This document shows positions 1 through 10,097 of a stretch of DNA of 64,000 nucleotides, piece after piece (positions within the stretch are counted from its first letter, which is position 1; the number at the start of each line of letters is the position of its first letter). This DNA comes from a virus. The position numbers and the translations under genes are program-made. Under the pieces are notes generated by a model. That model made no database searches, was not told where the DNA came from, and saw only the letters and a list, made by a program, of their open reading frames with translations. The stretch spans positions 32,001-96,000 of the IMG/VR virus record IMGVR_UViG_3300025853_000041; one strand, given 5' to 3'.

Positions 1-1
1 T

Positions 2-838
2 GCTCAAGCAGTAGTTGAAATTGCTTTCCAAGATGATGATGGAAAAGTTCGTAAATCATGGATGGATAAGCAAGAGGCTGATTACTACATGGCAATGAAC
101 AAAGAGATGGCAACATATGCTCTTTATTCTCGTCTTGGTGACCAACCTTTGATTGACCCTGATTCAGGATATCCAATCAACCCTGGTGCTGGTATGGAAC
201 AGCAAATTAGTTTTGGTGGAAATGTAGAACGATTTACTACAATGTCTGCTGAACTAATTGAAGCATTTTTTGATAGAATTGTGTACTCTCGAATAAATCC
301 AGGAGATTTAGGAGAGGTAGTAGGATTATCTGGACATTATGGAATGAAAGATTTCTCTAAAGCTCTTGATACTTGGACAGGTAGTAAAGCTATTATCCGA
401 GAAAGTTCTACATTCATTAAAGGTGCTCAAGGAGTTCATAACAACTCATTGCGTACTGGATATCAGTTTGTAACTTATGACCTACCTAATGGTGGAGCAT
501 TTAAGTTAGTTCACAATGCTATGAATGATGATAAGTCTATTCACCGAGATATTGACCCACTTACAGGTGTGCCTTTACAGTCACAAAGGGTTACAATCCT
601 TGATGTAACTGGTGGAAATGGTGATAGCTTATCTAAAGACAACATCAAACTTGTTCGTAAGAATAAAGTTTATGGTAGCACACGAATTTTAGGTCGAGTT
701 GGACCAGGTGGAGTTAGCACTGGAGACAGAGCAACACATTCAGGTGATTACTATGAAGTACATATCTCAGATAGTATTGGAATAGAAATCACAGATTCAA
801 CTGTAACTGGTGAATTAGTGAAAACTGTTAACGAATAA
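2..838 (+). CDS. Major capsid protein, C-terminal part (5'-truncated by window edge)
   Basis: The frame is open from base 2 (AQAVVEIAFQDDDGKVRKSWMDKQEADY...). The GAGMEQQI and FKLVHNAMNDD segments and the position directly ahead of the conserved crAss-like structural block fit a crAss-type MCP. Confidence 0.75.
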   Translation, partial: AQAVVEIAFQDDDGKVRKSWMDKQEADYYMAMNKEMATYALYSRLGDQPLIDPDSGYPINPGAGMEQQISFGGNVERFTTMSAELIEAFFDRIVYSRINPGDLGEVVGLSGHYGMKDFSKALDTWTGSKAIIRESSTFIKGAQGVHNNSLRTGYQFVTYDLPNGGAFKLVHNAMNDDKSIHRDIDPLTGVPLQSQRVTILDVTGGNGDSLSKDNIKLVRKNKVYGSTRILGRVGPGGVSTGDRATHSGDYYEVHISDSIGIEITDSTVTGELVKTVNE

Positions 839-852
839 AATAAGATAGAGCA

Positions 853-1674
853 ATGGTAGATAAAGATTTAAAAATAGAAATCAGACCAATACCAGGAAGA
901 GATGGTATAAAAAGTTTTTCCGAAAACTTGGAATACTTTTCTCAGGCTCACATATTAGCCCCTTTTGTAAACCCTGTTACACTTAAATATGCAACAGGGC
1001 TTACTCAAGAGGAAGTTGAAAAATTACACTCAGATGGTTTTCCATATGATTTAGATTCAACTTATAGGCGAGGTGTAAGTCACCCATTCTGGGAAAGTCA
1101 AATCGTAAAGGTAGAATTAAGCAATAGTCCAATCTTTCTGTATCCAGGCAAAAATCAAATTGACTTCGTGAAATATAAGTATTTATTGGTAAACAATTAT
1201 ATTTATAAAAGTGAAGAAGAGATGAATACTGGAAGCAAGCCAGAAGCAACTCATTATATTTTTAATGAAAGTGCAGCTAATAAGATTAAGGCATCTAAGT
1301 TAGAGAGTCGTAACTCTTTAATAAAAGAAGTTTCAAATCTTTCTTTAGCGAGAAAAAGGCAACTTATTTTAATTTTACTGAATGAGAACACTGATAATAA
1401 GGATGAAGATTATTTAACTGTAAGATTTGAGGATATATTTAATAAAAAAGAGTTATCTTTGGAACTTCAAGAGTTACTTAAACAGGATTCTGAGCAAATA
1501 TCACTGACTGCTGACATAAAATCAGCTATTCAGAAAAATGTACTTAAACGTACTAAAAAAGGAATTTTCTACTTTGAAACCAATTTAGGTTTCAGTGAGG
1601 ATGATGTTAGAGAGACACTATCATCTTCAGATAATCAAGAGGTTTTATTAAATATAAAATCTAAAATACAATAA
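853..1674 (+). CDS. Conserved crAss-like protein downstream of MCP (gene 75-like)
   Basis: 273-aa ORF right after the MCP. The HPFWES...L motif and helical C-terminus resemble the conserved post-MCP gene of crAss-like phages. Confidence 0.6.
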   Translation: MVDKDLKIEIRPIPGRDGIKSFSENLEYFSQAHILAPFVNPVTLKYATGLTQEEVEKLHSDGFPYDLDSTYRRGVSHPFWESQIVKVELSNSPIFLYPGKNQIDFVKYKYLLVNNYIYKSEEEMNTGSKPEATHYIFNESAANKIKASKLESRNSLIKEVSNLSLARKRQLILILLNENTDNKDEDYLTVRFEDIFNKKELSLELQELLKQDSEQISLTADIKSAIQKNVLKRTKKGIFYFETNLGFSEDDVRETLSSSDNQEVLLNIKSKIQ

Positions 1675-1676
1675 TT

Positions 1677-2891
1677 ATGAAACATACATTAGCACAGAAT
1701 AAGCAGCTCTTTCGAGTTGATGCAATAGCAGATTCTAAAACACTTGACCTTTTGGCAGATGGAGAATTTGGTGTATATGCTGAAGGCTCTGATACGAGTT
1801 TACCAGCAGCAACAGTTTGGGCTGGCTTACCAGACCGATTTAGATTTGTATCTAAATTGAATGGAGAAGTTTATTACTCTATGGACATTATTGACAAAGC
1901 GTCAGTTAGTAGAGCAGTATCACAAGATTATACTGCACCTGTGGTTAACATTTGGGAAGGCACTGTTGCCTCAACTGAGTGTGACTGCATTAGTACAGCT
2001 ACAATCAGAATTAATTTGGATGAAGAGTCACTTATGCGTGAGCGTGGACTTTCTTGGGTGAATATGGATACACATGTAGCCAGTTCTCCATCAGAGTTGA
2101 CAGCAGCTTGTGACTGTACTGGAAATCCAACTTATGACAATCACAATATTAGTCGTGAGTTGTTTAACCAAGTTAACAATGCAAATTCACCTTTTTACTT
2201 AGCAAAATTACGTTATGATGTAACAGGTTTAACTACCTATGCTGATGATGCAGCCAGAGATGCAGCAATTCCAGCTCCAACAGGAGGTGAACTTGTGTTG
2301 AACACTGCTGATGCAGCAATGCAAGTCTATGACATTGCAACAACTGCATGGATTGACGTAGCCAGCTTAACAGGATACATTTCAAATGTAGATGCATTTA
2401 TTACAGGTACAGCTATCTTGAATACAGATGCTACTCCTGCAACAGATACAGGAATGTTGATTCTTGTTATAGAAGGGAAACCAGCTACAACCAGAGATTA
2501 TAAAGACCTTGATGTTAATTATATCTTCCCAAGAGGAGTGAAATTGACACCTGCTGTTAAAATCAATGGTAATGCAGGTCCTTCTATTGAGTTCACTGAA
2601 ACACAAGATGTGGTTTATGAATTGGGTGCAGGAGCAGACTTGAGAGCAACTGAATTTGATTGCATGTCACTTTACACTAACTTGAATAACTATCCTCAAT
2701 TGAGTGATGGTATTGCAAGTGGAGATTTAGTTTATCAATTCGTTAATGGCGTTAGCTATAATGTAGTAAACTTTGAGTTTGCCACAGACAAGGTTAATAA
2801 AAATGATGGAGATAAGCGTTCTTTTGCAGTGATGTTAGCAACAGATGATGCTGGAGTTTATGCAGCATTAGAGGCTTTACTTAACGTATAA
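1677..2891 (+). CDS. Putative structural/auxiliary capsid protein (gene 74-like)
   Basis: 404 aa, Ala/Thr/Asp-rich and beta-rich with CxC motifs; syntenic position in the capsid module. Confidence 0.55.
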   Translation: MKHTLAQNKQLFRVDAIADSKTLDLLADGEFGVYAEGSDTSLPAATVWAGLPDRFRFVSKLNGEVYYSMDIIDKASVSRAVSQDYTAPVVNIWEGTVASTECDCISTATIRINLDEESLMRERGLSWVNMDTHVASSPSELTAACDCTGNPTYDNHNISRELFNQVNNANSPFYLAKLRYDVTGLTTYADDAARDAAIPAPTGGELVLNTADAAMQVYDIATTAWIDVASLTGYISNVDAFITGTAILNTDATPATDTGMLILVIEGKPATTRDYKDLDVNYIFPRGVKLTPAVKINGNAGPSIEFTETQDVVYELGAGADLRATEFDCMSLYTNLNNYPQLSDGIASGDLVYQFVNGVSYNVVNFEFATDKVNKNDGDKRSFAVMLATDDAGVYAALEALLNV

Positions 2892-2910
2892 CCCTTTAAA
2901 TTAGAACCTT

Positions 2911-3615
2911 GTGACTATAAAAGATATGCATTATGACTTCAAATCGAAGTTAAATAAAATCGACAGCCAACAAACTCGGAACCTTAAAATACCTGAGATT
3001 GATTGGAAACTTAATGAGGCACAAGAACTTTTTGTTAAAATGGTAGCAAAGCCCAGACTTAAAAATAGTTTGGGTTTTGAGACCTCACAAAGAAGTATAG
3101 ATGACATTAGGACAGTAGTTAATGATAGCTACTGTCTTACTGTTGTTAATAATGTGCTTGCTTTACCAGGGGATTACTGGCACTTTCTTTCAGGAACAAG
3201 TTATATGAATAAAGGAGAGTGTGTTGAATTTCCAGCCACTATTACGATTAGACAACATGATGATGATTTTGAAAACAGCCCATTTGATTGTTCTTCATTT
3301 GAATGGAGAGTTGTAAATGCTATTTTCACTAAAGATGGAATAAAGTTACATGATGATGGTACATTTACTAACAAAAGAGCTTGTATTTCATATATAAAAA
3401 CATTACCTTATATCCATAATGCTGAAAGCTGGAGAGGTGGAGGAGGATATAATTTACCCTCAGGGGAATTATTAACTGGGACTCAGGACTGTATATTGCC
3501 TGCACACACCCATAGAGAGATTGTGGACTTAGCTGTCCTTATTGCTGCAGGAGACTTACAATTACCTGACTATCAAGTTAAACAAGCTAAATTAAACTTA
3601 AATAAACTAAACTAA
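2911..3615 (+). CDS. Tail ring/head-tail connector protein (gene 73-like)
   Basis: GTG start. Contains EIDWKLNEAQ, GFETSQRSIDDIR and C-terminal LPAHTHREIVDLAV, as in crAss-like ring proteins. Confidence 0.65.
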   Translation: MTIKDMHYDFKSKLNKIDSQQTRNLKIPEIDWKLNEAQELFVKMVAKPRLKNSLGFETSQRSIDDIRTVVNDSYCLTVVNNVLALPGDYWHFLSGTSYMNKGECVEFPATITIRQHDDDFENSPFDCSSFEWRVVNAIFTKDGIKLHDDGTFTNKRACISYIKTLPYIHNAESWRGGGGYNLPSGELLTGTQDCILPAHTHREIVDLAVLIAAGDLQLPDYQVKQAKLNLNKLN

Positions 3616-3616
3616 G

Positions 3617-4201
3617 ATGGTAATAAATATATTAAGCATAGATTCTACTTTCACAACTATTACTTGTTCTTTATCTGCTGATGTAGGAAATAAAGTTCTT
3701 AAAGTTATAGGTTGGACAGGAGATACCTATTTAGATTATAACAATGTTATAGATTTAACTGCATTGTTATCTGGTGTAGATGAAAATGAAGATTTTTCAA
3801 TAACTGCAGCAGATATGGGAGTTGAAAGTTTTGCAGGTTTCTTTGCTTTTGAAGTTTATTCTGATGAAGCTGTATCAGAGGAAAGTTCTGTTATAGGAAT
3901 TGTCACCAACTTTTTACCTTACCATGAGTGTATGCTAGATAAGGTACTTAGTATTACAATAAAAAACTGTGAGATAAGTAATGATGAATGTGGAGAGAAA
4001 AAAGAAGTTCTATTTATTAGTACAGTCTTAGATACTTTATATGATACAATGAATTTTGGATTGTATGAAGAAGCTATTCAAATTATAGATACATTAAATG
4101 ACCTATGTGAAGTTTGTGCTGTGTGCCCAGACTTAGGAGAAGATTTAACTGGAACAGGTTTTGGATACAAAACAGTGGATAATATTATAACTTTAGTATA
4201 A
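3617..4201 (+). CDS. Putative virion (tail hub/ring-associated) protein, Cys-rich C-terminus
   Basis: 194-aa acidic ORF in the structural operon with a CEVCAVCP motif. Confidence 0.45.
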   Translation: MVINILSIDSTFTTITCSLSADVGNKVLKVIGWTGDTYLDYNNVIDLTALLSGVDENEDFSITAADMGVESFAGFFAFEVYSDEAVSEESSVIGIVTNFLPYHECMLDKVLSITIKNCEISNDECGEKKEVLFISTVLDTLYDTMNFGLYEEAIQIIDTLNDLCEVCAVCPDLGEDLTGTGFGYKTVDNIITLV

Positions 4202-4545
4202 TGAGTGATTTAAACAATACAAACATATTAGTAGGAAGTGTAAAAAAAGCTTTAGATATGAGGCTTATTTTAGGTGATACTATAAGCACAGACACTATTG
4301 TACTGTTTAATACTCTTAAAAAAGCACTAGAGTATTCACAAACACAATATAATGCAGGAAATCTTGAGTATTCAACAAAAATTAGAACAATAGAAGGTTT
4401 AATGAAAAGTTTGAGGTATAAATGCCCAAGCATATGTAATTACCATACACAATTTGTTAGTGCATTTGACTTCAAAGCAAGTAATGCTACTATCACCATT
4501 GATACTGTTAATTACAAGATTAGCCAACTACAAATACAAATATAA
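4201..4545 (+). CDS. Hypothetical virion-module protein
   Basis: 114-aa ORF coupled by TAATG overlaps on both sides. Confidence 0.55.
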   Translation: MSDLNNTNILVGSVKKALDMRLILGDTISTDTIVLFNTLKKALEYSQTQYNAGNLEYSTKIRTIEGLMKSLRYKCPSICNYHTQFVSAFDFKASNATITIDTVNYKISQLQIQI

Positions 4546-6320
4546 TGGCACAACAAAACATCAACATAGGGACACCTAATGGACAGAATGGAGATTTCGT
4601 AAGAGATGCTTTTAGTAAAGCAGAAGACAACTTCACAGAATTATATAATATAAGTACTAATAGTGTAGATGCAGGAGCTGAATGGCGTGGAGGTTTAGAC
4701 TTTTATGTCTTTGCAAACAGCTTTAAAGTTGAAAATGTATGGTATAGTGCAGTAGCACAAACTTTAAGTCTTGCTGCTGCTAATGCAACTTTTGATAGAA
4801 TCGATTTAGCAGTAGCTAATATAAATGGTACAGTGCAAATTATTACAGGAGAAATTACAGGTGCAACACCTGCTGAGCCTAATTATGACCACGAAACACA
4901 ATTCCCTATCAAATTTATCTTTGTTTCTGCAGGTGCCACAGACCCAACAGGATATGGGAATGTTCAAATATTTGATGAAGATTTAGGAGACCCAACAGAA
5001 TGGAATTTCACAGCAGATGCACCAGAAGTAACAATTAATCCAGCCATATCCTATTCAGGAACTAAATCAGTTGAAGGTTTGAACACACTTCATGAAACTG
5101 CTTATTTTAGTTCACCATCAGCAGTAAATACAGCCGAAATGAATACTTTATCTTTTTGGGTAAAGTTAAAAGAGAACTATCAAGTAAAAGGTAAAATATT
5201 TGTTTATTTTGGTAGTGGTGCTGCTGAAACTCAAAGAGTCCCTATAAGTGTAGCTGAGATTAGACATAATCAATATGGTTTTGATGCTTTAGATACTGGT
5301 TGGCAACAAATTATTTTGCCTATTGCAGATGTGGATATTTATATTCCTGCTGTATCAGTAATTGAAATCAAACCTTACAAAGATATTGGAGGTACTACTG
5401 GATGGTATATTGATGATGTAATATTACAAACATCAACTACTGGAGGAATACCCACAGAACCTACTATACCTTCAAAAACTTCAGGAATAGAGAATGATGG
5501 TGCTGATGGTACTTCTACCTATGTAGAAGCTTCAGTTTTAGGGGCAGTAGCAACAAGTAATGATTACAATGATTTACTTAATCTTCCTGCACTAGTAACA
5601 GTAGCAACATCAGGGGATTACAATGATTTAAGTAATTTACCTTCTTTAGCTACTGTGGCTACATCAGGAGATTACAACGACTTAAGTAATTTACCAAGTT
5701 TAGCAACAGTTGCTACATCAGGTGACTATAATGATTTAAGTAATCTGCCAACTCTTTCTGATGAAATCTCAACAACTACTTTTAGACTAGTAGATGGAGC
5801 AACACCAACAAAAAAGATGTCATTTGATGTCTCAAATGTCCCAGCAGTAACAACTTGGGGAATGAGCTTTATAGGAGAAGGAACAATAATCACAGAAGAG
5901 TGGTTGACAGCTAACCCTTCTTCTCCAGTATCAAGTGTAAAAGAAGTGAAAGTAACTTTAACTCCTGCCCAACTATTGAATTTACAAACTACACCAGTTG
6001 TAGTAGTACCAGCAGGAGGAGCAAATACAGTTATAAAGATTCTAGCTATTACTGGATATCTTAACTTTAATACAGTTGCTTACGACTTTACAACACAACT
6101 TGATTTTAAATATGAAACAAGTGGTATTGAAATAAATGTAGGAGTAATTGCAGATTGGAATGCTGGAGCTATTCAAGCTTTTGATATTGATAAAACAGGA
6201 CCAAGTGGAGGAGAGTTATCAATTAATGAAGGTATAGCTTTATCTACTGTTACAAATGCAACAGTAGGTAATAGTGATATTAAACTTACAATTTTATATG
6301 CAATACAAGATTTTAGTTAA
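4545..6320 (+). CDS. Tail fibre/spike protein with possible carbohydrate-binding domain and 18-aa repeats
   Basis: The N-terminus QQNINIGTPNGQNGDFVRDAFSKAEDNFTELY matches the widespread fibre/baseplate-attachment motif (INIG...GDxxRxAFxKxxxNFxELY). The central segment (LSFWVK...WQQIILP...WYIDDV) is CBM/galactose-binding-like, followed by ATSGDYNDL repeats. Confidence 0.7.
   Translation: MAQQNINIGTPNGQNGDFVRDAFSKAEDNFTELYNISTNSVDAGAEWRGGLDFYVFANSFKVENVWYSAVAQTLSLAAANATFDRIDLAVANINGTVQIITGEITGATPAEPNYDHETQFPIKFIFVSAGATDPTGYGNVQIFDEDLGDPTEWNFTADAPEVTINPAISYSGTKSVEGLNTLHETAYFSSPSAVNTAEMNTLSFWVKLKENYQVKGKIFVYFGSGAAETQRVPISVAEIRHNQYGFDALDTGWQQIILPIADVDIYIPAVSVIEIKPYKDIGGTTGWYIDDVILQTSTTGGIPTEPTIPSKTSGIENDGADGTSTYVEASVLGAVATSNDYNDLLNLPALVTVATSGDYNDLSNLPSLATVATSGDYNDLSNLPSLATVATSGDYNDLSNLPTLSDEISTTTFRLVDGATPTKKMSFDVSNVPAVTTWGMSFIGEGTIITEEWLTANPSSPVSSVKEVKVTLTPAQLLNLQTTPVVVVPAGGANTVIKILAITGYLNFNTVAYDFTTQLDFKYETSGIEINVGVIADWNAGAIQAFDIDKTGPSGGELSINEGIALSTVTNATVGNSDIKLTILYAIQDFS
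5547..5756 (+). repeat. Four tandem 54-bp coding repeats (VATSGDYNDLSNLPSLAT)
   Basis: Units start at 5547, 5601, 5655 and 5709. The peptides are near-identical and the third codon positions have diverged. Confidence 0.9.
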
Positions 6321-6328
6321 TATTTAAA

Positions 6329-6766
6329 ATGAAAAAAAGTAAACTGATATTAAAATTTATAATAGGGATAGTGCTTCTTGCACTATCTCTATTTCTAATG
6401 AAAGAAACTTTTATTTTAGGAATCGTTAGTGTATTAGTTGCTAATATCTACAAAAGAAGATTCTTTGAAGGTTTAGCTAGAATAGGAGACATATTTACAG
6501 CAGGAGCTTATTGTATTGATGTGTTTGGATGTGTAGTCTTACAAGTACCTTTAAACTGGTTATTCTTATCTAAGAATAGCAAACATAAATTTGGCAGCAA
6601 GTATGAGACTATTAGTTATGTTTTAGGTAAAAACCAAATAGGTATAACTTTAACTAAGGTAGGAAAAGGACTTGTTGCAATTTTAGATTTTTTAGACCCT
6701 GGGCATTGCTTAAATACAGTGATATATACAGAGGGAATATTTGGCAACAAAAAAATAAGAAAATAA
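6329..6766 (+). CDS. Small membrane protein (possible lysis accessory)
   Basis: Hydrophobic N-terminal helices and a C-terminal FG..YETISYVLGKN...LDFLDPGHC motif typical of a phage membrane-protein family. Confidence 0.5.
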   Translation: MKKSKLILKFIIGIVLLALSLFLMKETFILGIVSVLVANIYKRRFFEGLARIGDIFTAGAYCIDVFGCVVLQVPLNWLFLSKNSKHKFGSKYETISYVLGKNQIGITLTKVGKGLVAILDFLDPGHCLNTVIYTEGIFGNKKIRK

Positions 6767-6829
6767 GATGCTAAATTTAGCTCTTAAATGCTGCAGAAAG
6801 TATTATAATTAAACAATAAAACAATAAAA

Positions 6830-8062
6830 ATGATAAATCTAGACTTAAAAAATACAAAAGACAAAAACTTAATAAGAACTCAATTAAATTTTCAAGAGAT
6901 ATACAGAGAGTTAGGGAATATTCCAGCTCCTGTTGCAAGTGCTCCTTCTCTAGGAGACTTAGAATTATCTGCTATTGGAAATAACTTTGGTTTGGAAAGT
7001 GTTGCTTTAGTGCATGGTACAGGTCCTGGAACAATTACTTTAGAAAATGGCAGCTCTAATGTTGTAGGTAATGGAACAGAATTTACTGACTCTTCTTTTA
7101 AAGGATTAGAATATTGGTACCAAATAGTTGTAATACTGCCAGGAGGAGTACACAAATATATTTCTTTTGCAGACCCAGCACCAGATGATGTAACTCATGA
7201 ATTTTCTGGTGATGGAGTATATGATAATCCTTACTATGAAGGGGTTCCTTCAGCAACTTGGGATGGACCTTCAGGAGAATATAATTATTTAATAGGTTTT
7301 GGTACTGCGTTAACTGGATATAATAGTGTAGGATTTGGATATGCTAACATCCACAGTAATGATGATGGTGCTGTCTTTGGTCAGGAAAACAGAGTAACTG
7401 GTCTAAGAGATGTAGTATTTGGAAAATATAACATTACTGTAAGTGGAGTACAGTCTTTTCAAAGATTTATTCATGGGCAAAATAACCATTCAGGAGGTAT
7501 TAAAAATTTTCAAATATTTGGAGACAATAATAACTTTGATGGTTTTAGTGGAGGTATCTTTGCTGTTTTTGGAGATAATAATTCTGCAACTAGCAATGTA
7601 TCCAATGGAGCTATATTTGGAAGTAATAATATTATGTCAAGACAAGGGGCTCACATTTTTGGAAGTAATAATATCAATTATGGGACACCTAATTATTTAT
7701 TTGGGAACAATCTAACAGGGCATTCAGGTTATGAATTTGTTTTTGGTCAATATAACACAACTTATACACCAAATTCACTTTTTCTTTGGGATGCTGCAGA
7801 TAGATTAATAGTTATAGGTAATGGTACAGGTGCAGGAAGTCTCAGTGATGCTCTAGTTATGTACAAAAATGGGCAAACTGTTTTTGGTGCAACAGTAGCA
7901 GTAGGAGAATATATAGTAGCTACTTTACCAGTAGCCCCTGCAACAGGAAGTATGGCTTATGTTACAGATGCAACAGCTCCAACTTATTTAGGAACTCTAA
8001 CAGGAGGTGGTGCAGTAGTGTGTCCAGTATTCTATAATGGAACTGCTTGGGTATCTCACTAA
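6830..8062 (+). CDS. Receptor-binding fibre/spike with YadA-head-like (FGxxN) beta-roll repeats
   Basis: Repeated (I/V)FGxxN units about every 14 aa, followed by FGQYNTTYTP...DRLIVIGNG...SDALVMYKNG and a C-terminal VFYNGTAW fibre tip. Confidence 0.65.
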   Translation: MINLDLKNTKDKNLIRTQLNFQEIYRELGNIPAPVASAPSLGDLELSAIGNNFGLESVALVHGTGPGTITLENGSSNVVGNGTEFTDSSFKGLEYWYQIVVILPGGVHKYISFADPAPDDVTHEFSGDGVYDNPYYEGVPSATWDGPSGEYNYLIGFGTALTGYNSVGFGYANIHSNDDGAVFGQENRVTGLRDVVFGKYNITVSGVQSFQRFIHGQNNHSGGIKNFQIFGDNNNFDGFSGGIFAVFGDNNSATSNVSNGAIFGSNNIMSRQGAHIFGSNNINYGTPNYLFGNNLTGHSGYEFVFGQYNTTYTPNSLFLWDAADRLIVIGNGTGAGSLSDALVMYKNGQTVFGATVAVGEYIVATLPVAPATGSMAYVTDATAPTYLGTLTGGGAVVCPVFYNGTAWVSH

Positions 8063-8105
8063 ACAATAAAAAAGACAAAAACCTTTTTATTTAAGGATTA
8101 ATTTG

Positions 8106-8113
8106 TATATTTG
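8106..8113 (+). promoter_or_regulatory. Bacteroidota sigma70 -7 promoter element (TATATTTG) upstream of holin
   Basis: Intergenic TATATTTG(CA) matches the TAnnTTTG consensus; no clear -33 TTTG seen. Confidence 0.55.
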
Positions 8114-8170
8114 CAAAATAATATATTATAATGTCCTCATTTTTCTATTTGAACTTAAAAGAGTATTATA

Positions 8171-8758
8171 ATGAAAACAATTCAAATGCATAGACCATTT
8201 TATCTTTTAAATTTAGTATCAAATTTTAATTGGAAGAATCTTTGGATACTACTTCCAGCTCCACTTTTAGCTCAAATAGAAACTGTGATATACCCATTAA
8301 TAGCACTCTTTTTTGTTATATCTATTGATTTACTTACTGCATTGGTATCTTATTTTTGCCAGCTTAGACAAGAAAGAACAACTTCTTTGAAATTTTCAGA
8401 TTATAGATATGGAATTATATCAGGAGGAATAAGACAAACAATAGCAAAATCATACCAATATATAATGGCAGCCATTGTAGTCTTTGTAGTAGAAATCTAT
8501 GGCTTTGGAGGTGAAATTGAATTTACAGTACCATTAATTAATTTAGATGCTACTTTAACAAAATTTTTACTTTGGGCATTTGTTATGATTGAAGTAAAGA
8601 GTATTGATGAGAATTTAAAAGATGTTTCAGGAAAATCAGCCATAGGTTCTATTGCTGATATCTTCACATATTTTAGGGAAATTACTTCCAAAGTAACAGG
8701 ACAGACAAACAAAGAAGTCAAGTACTGGGAAGACAATGAAAACCCTGAAGGTCACTAA
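8171..8758 (+). CDS. Holin (phage holin family 4-like)
   Basis: Three to four hydrophobic helices, a D-L-L-T motif in TM1, SGGIRQTIAK and IEVKSIDEN, matching the family-4 holin pattern. Confidence 0.7.
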   Translation: MKTIQMHRPFYLLNLVSNFNWKNLWILLPAPLLAQIETVIYPLIALFFVISIDLLTALVSYFCQLRQERTTSLKFSDYRYGIISGGIRQTIAKSYQYIMAAIVVFVVEIYGFGGEIEFTVPLINLDATLTKFLLWAFVMIEVKSIDENLKDVSGKSAIGSIADIFTYFREITSKVTGQTNKEVKYWEDNENPEGH

Positions 8759-8767
8759 AAAATACAT

Positions 8768-10090
8768 ATGATAAAAAAACAAATAATTAACCACCTTGTT
8801 AACAATGGTGGAAAATTAGGTACAGGAGAAACTTGGCTATCAATAGCTGAAAGATATGAAATTACAGCTCCAAATAAAAAGAGAGCACAAAAAGACAGTA
8901 AATACAGGAAAAAAGCAATAAGTAGGGAAGCTCAAAGAATGTGGCAATCCTATATAAAACAAGAAAAAAAGTTAAGTCTAGTAAAACAAACCTTTAAAAA
9001 TAATGAATTACAGTTTGAGACATTCAAACAAGAGGTAAAACAAGAGGTAGATATAGATTACGATAACTTTGAAATTGAAAGAGTAACAACTAATCCAAAT
9101 GGTAATCCTTGGATTAAAATGAAAAAGAAAGAGAATTTCTATTCTGAAGAGCATCTACAAACTTTAAAAGAAATTCTTACAAAAGAAATTACACCTTACA
9201 AATATGAACCCAACCTTTTCACAAACAATAAAGCACACTTTGTATATGGTTCAGATAAGCATATAGGAGCTCTTACTAAATTAGACTCCATTTATCAGAA
9301 CAAATATGATAGAAGTGTAATGAGAGAAAGAATAGTTTATGCTACTATTAAAAATATTGAGGAAAGTGTTGCTTTACATGGAAAATTTGAAGCTTTATAT
9401 ATTATGGATTTTGGTGATGCTTTAGATGGGTATAATCAAAAGACCACAGGAGGACTAAGAGGAACATCCTCACACACACTACCTCAACAATTAAATAATA
9501 GAGAGCAACAAGATTTTTATGTAGAATTACATAGAGAGTTGTTTGATTTAATTGTAAAAGGAGAATATGCAGCAGAAATCTATTTTGTTGCCACAAGTAA
9601 CTCAAATCATGGTGGAGACTTTGAATATGGAGCTATGAGACACCTTCAAACTTATTTGGAGTGTAAATACCCATTTATCAAAACTTATGTCTCCTACCAG
9701 CCTTATAATCATTTTGTCTTTGGAGGTCATGCAATAGTTTTTGGTCATGGAAAAGATGATGAAGATATGAAGAATGGTTTACCTTTAGTTATTAATGATA
9801 AGGTCTCTACTGTTCTTTCTGATTATATTAGGGTAAATGAACTAGATAAATACAATGTTAGTGTCATAAGTGGAGATTTACATCAATCAGCAGAAGGGTA
9901 CGCTAAAAACTTTAGATATAAGAAAGTACTATCCCAATATGGTAGTAGTAAATGGATGCACACAAACTTTGGTTCAGGACAACCTGGGCTATCATCTGAG
10001 GTGTATGTTTACAATTCTAAAAAGATTTATAAAGAGGACGAATTCTTTGATATTGAAAATGAATCCAATACAGGGATAGATTTTAAATAA
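8768..10090 (+). CDS. Calcineurin-like metallophosphoesterase with N-terminal extension
   Basis: Motifs SDKHIG, DFGDALDG, SNHG, GHG and GDLHQ occur in canonical order. Confidence 0.75.
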   Translation: MIKKQIINHLVNNGGKLGTGETWLSIAERYEITAPNKKRAQKDSKYRKKAISREAQRMWQSYIKQEKKLSLVKQTFKNNELQFETFKQEVKQEVDIDYDNFEIERVTTNPNGNPWIKMKKKENFYSEEHLQTLKEILTKEITPYKYEPNLFTNNKAHFVYGSDKHIGALTKLDSIYQNKYDRSVMRERIVYATIKNIEESVALHGKFEALYIMDFGDALDGYNQKTTGGLRGTSSHTLPQQLNNREQQDFYVELHRELFDLIVKGEYAAEIYFVATSNSNHGGDFEYGAMRHLQTYLECKYPFIKTYVSYQPYNHFVFGGHAIVFGHGKDDEDMKNGLPLVINDKVSTVLSDYIRVNELDKYNVSVISGDLHQSAEGYAKNFRYKKVLSQYGSSKWMHTNFGSGQPGLSSEVYVYNSKKIYKEDEFFDIENESNTGIDFK

Positions 10091-10097
10091 TTTTTAT

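Noticed and set aside
5547-5756. Tandem repeat as a possible CRISPR array or DGR template/variable repeat
   Set aside because: There are no spacers, the differences are synonymous rather than adenine-specific, and no reverse transcriptase or cas genes are in the window.
6797-8172. Recurrent TATTATAAT (near 6801, 8124, 8164) as a phage late promoter, and a 20-codon ORF at 8131-8193
   Set aside because: The motif is pure A/T in an AT-rich genome and is not seen consistently upstream of other late genes; support is insufficient.
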